Source of the DNA: a virus
Lineage: Duplodnaviria > Caudoviricetes
Direction: 5' to 3' (one strand)
Virus record (IMG/VR): IMGVR_UViG_3300006428_000001
Location: 1-29,374 of that record
Length of the DNA: 29,374 nucleotides
Shown here: positions 26,016 through 29,374 of the stretch, one piece after another
How positions within the stretch are numbered: position 1 is the first letter of the stretch
Layout of the letters: every line of letters starts with the position of its first letter
Made by a program: the position numbers and the translations under genes
Notes under the pieces: model-generated
Database searches by the model: none
Told to the model about the DNA's origin: nothing
What the model saw: the letters and a program-made list of their open reading frames with translations, nothing else

Positions 26016-26710
26016 AGAAGTTTTGGAACTGGGCGCGTGATGAAAACACTGGCGTCCGAACACTATATCTAGACGGCGTTATTGCCGAAGACTCATGGTT
26101 TGATGATGATGTCACCCCTAAGGCATTTAAAGCAGAGCTTACTGCCGGCGAGGGTGACATTGTTATTTGGCTCAATTCTCCAGGAGGTGATTGCATTGCT
26201 GCTAGTCAGATTTACGCCATGCTGATGGATTACAAAGGCACTGTTACCGTAAAGATTGATGGAATTGCTGCCTCTGCCGCCTCTGTCATCGCCATGGCGG
26301 GGACAACGGTGCTCATGGCACCAACAGCCCTTATGATGGTCCACAATCCCCTTACAGTGGCCATTGGAGACAGTGAAGAAATGAAAAAAGCCATCGCCAT
26401 GCTTTCTGAAGTTAAGGAGAGCATCATCAATGCCTATGAAATCAAGACAGGTCAGTCAAGGACAAAGCTCTCTCATCTTATGGATGCGGAGACCTGGCTC
26501 AATGCAAAAAAAGCCATCGAACTTGGATTTGCAGATGGCATCTTGGTGGATGAAAAGAAAAGAAGTCAGACTGAGGATTTCACCTATGCTTTTAGCCGCA
26601 GAGCTGTTACCAACTCCCTGCTGGATAAGGTAAAACCCAAAATACCAAAAGAGAATACTGGCACCCCAATTGAGTCGCTAGAAAAGCGGCTTTCTTTGAT
26701 TCAACACTAA
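26012..26710 (+). CDS. ClpP-like prohead maturation protease
   Basis: LNSPGGD, GIAASAASVI (catalytic Ser), MMVHNP and ETWLNA..A.ELGFAD. Confidence 0.93.
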   Translation: MKKFWNWARDENTGVRTLYLDGVIAEDSWFDDDVTPKAFKAELTAGEGDIVIWLNSPGGDCIAASQIYAMLMDYKGTVTVKIDGIAASAASVIAMAGTTVLMAPTALMMVHNPLTVAIGDSEEMKKAIAMLSEVKESIINAYEIKTGQSRTKLSHLMDAETWLNAKKAIELGFADGILVDEKKRSQTEDFTYAFSRRAVTNSLLDKVKPKIPKENTGTPIESLEKRLSLIQH

Positions 26711-26729
26711 ATTTTAGGAGGAAAACACT

Positions 26730-27938
26730 ATGAATAAAATTCTTGAACTGCGTGAAAAAAGAGCAAAGTCCTGGGAAGCTGCTAAAGCCTTTCTGGATAC
26801 CAAAAGAGGCACAGATGGAATTGTATCTGCTGAAGACACTGCAACCTATGAAAAAATGGAAGCGGATGTGGTAGCCCTTGGTAAGGAAATTGACCGTCTG
26901 GAAAAGCAGGAAGCACTAGACCGCGAGCTTTCAAAGCCACTTAACACACCACTTACCGGAAAACCTATCTTCCAGGGTATGGAATCCAAAGGCGGCAGAG
27001 CCTCCGCAGAATACCAGAAAGCATTCTGGAATGCCATGAGAACCCGTTCTGGTGAAGGCCTTGATCCAGTGATTAAGAGCGCACTGCAGATCGGCACCGA
27101 CACGGAAGGTGGCTATCTTGTACCAGATGAGTTCGAGCGTACTCTTATTGAAGCCCTGGATGAAGAGAATATCTTCAGAAAGCTGGCCAACGTCATCTCA
27201 ACTTCTTCTGGCGACCGTAAAATTCCTGTGGTGGCTTCCAAAGGTACTGCTTCTTGGATTGATGAAGAAGGTGCCATTCCTGAAAGCGATGATAGCTTTG
27301 GACAGGTTTCCATTGGTGCTTACAAGCTAGGTACCATGATCAAGGTGTCTGAAGAGCTTCTAAATGACAGTGTCTTCAATCTTGAAAACTACATCGCTAG
27401 GGAGTTTGCAAGACGTATCGGTAACAAGGAAGAAGATGCCTTCTTCACAGGAGATGGTTCTGGAAAGCCTACAGGTATCCTTGCTGCCACTGGTGGAGCA
27501 CAAATCGGTGTAACTGCTGCAAGTGCTACAGCTATTACCATTGATGAAGTTTTGGACCTCTTCTACTCTCTTAAATCGCCTTACAGAAATAAGTCCGTGT
27601 TCGTTATGAACGATGCTACCATTAAGGCTATTAGAAAACTAAAAGATGGCCAGGGTCAGTATATCTGGCAGCCATCACTTCAGGCTGGAACGCCAGATAC
27701 CATTTTGAATAGACCTGTTTACACTTCATCTTACGTTCCTACCATCGCTGCAGCTGCAAAGTCCATCATCTTCGGTGACTTTGGCTACTACTGGGTAGCG
27801 GATCGTCAAGGTAGAGTATTCAAGAGACTTAATGAGCTCTATGCAGCCACTGGCCAGGTAGGTTTTGTTGCCACTCAGCGTGTGGATGGAAAACTGATTC
27901 TGCCTGAAGCCATCAAAGTGCTTCAGCAGAAAGCGTAA
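26730..27938 (+). CDS. HK97-fold major capsid protein
   Basis: Coiled-coil delta domain, then GGYLVPDEF, VSEELLND, YIWQPS, IIFGDF and RVDGK. Confidence 0.95.
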   Translation: MNKILELREKRAKSWEAAKAFLDTKRGTDGIVSAEDTATYEKMEADVVALGKEIDRLEKQEALDRELSKPLNTPLTGKPIFQGMESKGGRASAEYQKAFWNAMRTRSGEGLDPVIKSALQIGTDTEGGYLVPDEFERTLIEALDEENIFRKLANVISTSSGDRKIPVVASKGTASWIDEEGAIPESDDSFGQVSIGAYKLGTMIKVSEELLNDSVFNLENYIAREFARRIGNKEEDAFFTGDGSGKPTGILAATGGAQIGVTAASATAITIDEVLDLFYSLKSPYRNKSVFVMNDATIKAIRKLKDGQGQYIWQPSLQAGTPDTILNRPVYTSSYVPTIAAAAKSIIFGDFGYYWVADRQGRVFKRLNELYAATGQVGFVATQRVDGKLILPEAIKVLQQKA

Positions 27939-27950
27939 TGGAGGTGTCCT

Positions 27951-28163
27951 ATGAGTTATAACACAAAGAACTATACCGAACAGGGCGGTGAGAAAACCGT
28001 CATTGGTGGAACTCTTGAAATCAAGGAAGGGGCGGTCGTTACTGGCCTCCCCATCCTCGATAATCAAGCTGCAAGTACTGCTGCCACAGTAGAAGATTTG
28101 GTGACGGATTTTAATGCCCTCCTCACCAAACTTAAGGCTGCAGGGCTTATGATTTCAGACTAA
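27951..28163 (+). CDS. Head fibre/decoration-like protein
   Basis: NQAASTAATVEDLVTDFNALLTKLKAAGLM C-terminal motif; directly follows the capsid gene. Confidence 0.75.
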   Translation: MSYNTKNYTEQGGEKTVIGGTLEIKEGAVVTGLPILDNQAASTAATVEDLVTDFNALLTKLKAAGLMISD

Positions 28164-28181
28164 TGAAAGGATGGTGGCGGT

Positions 28182-28490
28182 ATGACACTGCTGGAAAAAG
28201 TAAAAGCAAATCTTATTCTTGATCACTTGGCTGATGATGAACTCCTTGAGATGTACATCACCGCCGCTACCCGGTATGCAGAAAGTTATCAGCATCTTCC
28301 TGAAAACCACTACGTGGAAGCAGTTATGCCAGCCACCACACAGCAAGCCATCATTATGCTGTCGTCCCATTTTTATGAATCCAGGGACGGCAGCACCGGT
28401 GGTTTCTTTTCAGATAATGTTCAAGCTGGACAGCAGGTATGGAATACAGTCAATCTCCTGCTGCGGCTTGATCGGGATTGGAAGGTGTAA
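28182..28490 (+). CDS. Head-tail connector (HK97 gp6-like)
   Basis: LEKVKANL...DDELLEMYI.AA..YAE...QAIIML.SHFYE.R. Confidence 0.9.
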   Translation: MTLLEKVKANLILDHLADDELLEMYITAATRYAESYQHLPENHYVEAVMPATTQQAIIMLSSHFYESRDGSTGGFFSDNVQAGQQVWNTVNLLLRLDRDWKV

Positions 28491-28492
28491 TT

Positions 28493-28825
28493 ATGAGCTT
28501 TGGGAAAATGAATACCTTTATCGATATTGTAGAAAACGTCACCATAAAAGATTCCGAAGGGTTTAAAACAGAAGTTGATAATATTGTAGCTTCTGTAAGG
28601 ACTTATCGAGAAGGTCGGCATGGCAATGAAAAATGGGCAAACAGAGCATCCTTTTCAGAAGCCACAGACCTTTTTCGCTTTCGCCACATCCCTGGTATAA
28701 CCATAACAACAACCATGGTGATCATCCATAGAAATAAGAGATTTGAAATCACATCCGTTGAAGATGTGAAAGGTCGCGGTATGTACATTGAAGTGCTGGC
28801 CAAGGAGGTGGTTCCAAGTGGCTAA
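28493..28825 (+). CDS. Head closure / head-tail adaptor protein
   Basis: GKM...I.I...D.EGF...FRFR...FEITSVEDVKGRGMYIEVLA; conserved gene position. Confidence 0.85.
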   Translation: MSFGKMNTFIDIVENVTIKDSEGFKTEVDNIVASVRTYREGRHGNEKWANRASFSEATDLFRFRHIPGITITTTMVIIHRNKRFEITSVEDVKGRGMYIEVLAKEVVPSG

Positions 28826-29249
28826 AGCTACCATGCGTATGCCAGATGACTTCTTGATGAAGCTCTCAAAACTTGGTGATAAAACAGATGAGATTGTCTC
28901 GAAAGTTTTAGAAGCTGGCGGTGAGGTGGTTCTGGATAAAGTGAAATCCAACCTTAAAGGTGTTATCGGGAATGAAACCAAAGAAAAAAGCCGTTCTACC
29001 GGTGAACTGGTTTCTTCACTGGGCCTCTCTCCTACTAAGCTAGATCGAAATGGAAACTTCAATGTCAAGGTTGGCTTTAATGAACCTCGTGGCGATGGAG
29101 ATGCCAATGCTAAGATTGCAAATATCCTTGAATACGGGAAATCAGGTCAGCCACCTAAACCCTTCTTGAAGCCAGCAAAGTCCGCAGCTCGGAAGGCATG
29201 CATTGAAACTATGAAATCAAAACTGGATAAGGAGATTGAAAAGCTATGA
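28818..29249 (+). CDS. HK97 gp10-like tail/neck protein
   Basis: RSTGEL..S, LEYGKSGQPPKPFLKPA; GTG start follows AAGGAGG. Confidence 0.88.
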   Translation: MAKATMRMPDDFLMKLSKLGDKTDEIVSKVLEAGGEVVLDKVKSNLKGVIGNETKEKSRSTGELVSSLGLSPTKLDRNGNFNVKVGFNEPRGDGDANAKIANILEYGKSGQPPKPFLKPAKSAARKACIETMKSKLDKEIEKL

Positions 29250-29374
29250 GCTTACTTGCGGATTTAAACCACATACTAGAACCCTTAAACATTCCTGTGG
29301 AGACCGGAGTATTTTCCGAAGTGCCTCCCGATGAATATCTGGTTATCACCCCCATGTCTGATAGGCTTGATCTC
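29246..29374 (+). CDS. Probable tail terminator/completion protein (partial, runs off the window)
   Basis: ATGA overlap; MSLLADLNHILEPLNIPVETGVFSEVPPDEYLVITPMSDRLDL is open to the edge. Confidence 0.7.
   Translation, partial: MSLLADLNHILEPLNIPVETGVFSEVPPDEYLVITPMSDRLDL

Larger units (their letters stand above)
5140..29374 (+). mobile_element. Temperate siphovirus-type prophage (HK97-like head; early, replication, packaging and head modules), continuing past the right edge; the leftward block 1-4919 probably belongs to the same element
   Basis: Contiguous co-oriented PolA, VapE, VRR-NUC, SNF2, HNH, TerS, TerL, portal, ClpP, major capsid and head-tail genes. No integrase or att site is visible in the window. 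Confidence 0.95.

Overview
Most of the window (about 5.1 kb to the right edge) is the early, replication, packaging and head region of a temperate HK97-like siphovirus prophage, probably from a Firmicute (Clostridia-like) host. Rightward gene order: sigma-70 region-4 protein, Cas4-like DUF2800 nuclease, DUF2815 SSB, family A DNA polymerase, Rha, VapE primase/helicase, VRR-NUC, SNF2 helicase, RinA/ArpU-like activator, HNH, TerS, MetK, a second HNH, ParB-MTase, a five-gene cassette with its own promoter-like motifs, TerL, portal, ClpP, capsid and head-tail genes. The left 4.9 kb is an AT-richer, leftward block: a large NACHT NTPase in the position where a repressor is expected, a small HTH protein, and an SNF2-type helicase that ends abruptly near the window edge. 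Main points of interest: (1) the phage SNF2 helicase is split inside Walker A by GGT-TAG-GA, which resembles a recoding site but could be a pseudogene lesion; (2) a TTACTCA-N13-TGTCCTGTG motif occurs three times near the sigma-like gene and after the polymerase; (3) the NACHT protein carries an unknown N-terminal domain next to four phased repeats; (4) the late-promoter region is duplicated around a small Zn-ribbon gene; (5) TerL probably starts at ATC. No tRNA, rRNA or CRISPR array was seen. Family assignments come from motif recognition, not database searches.
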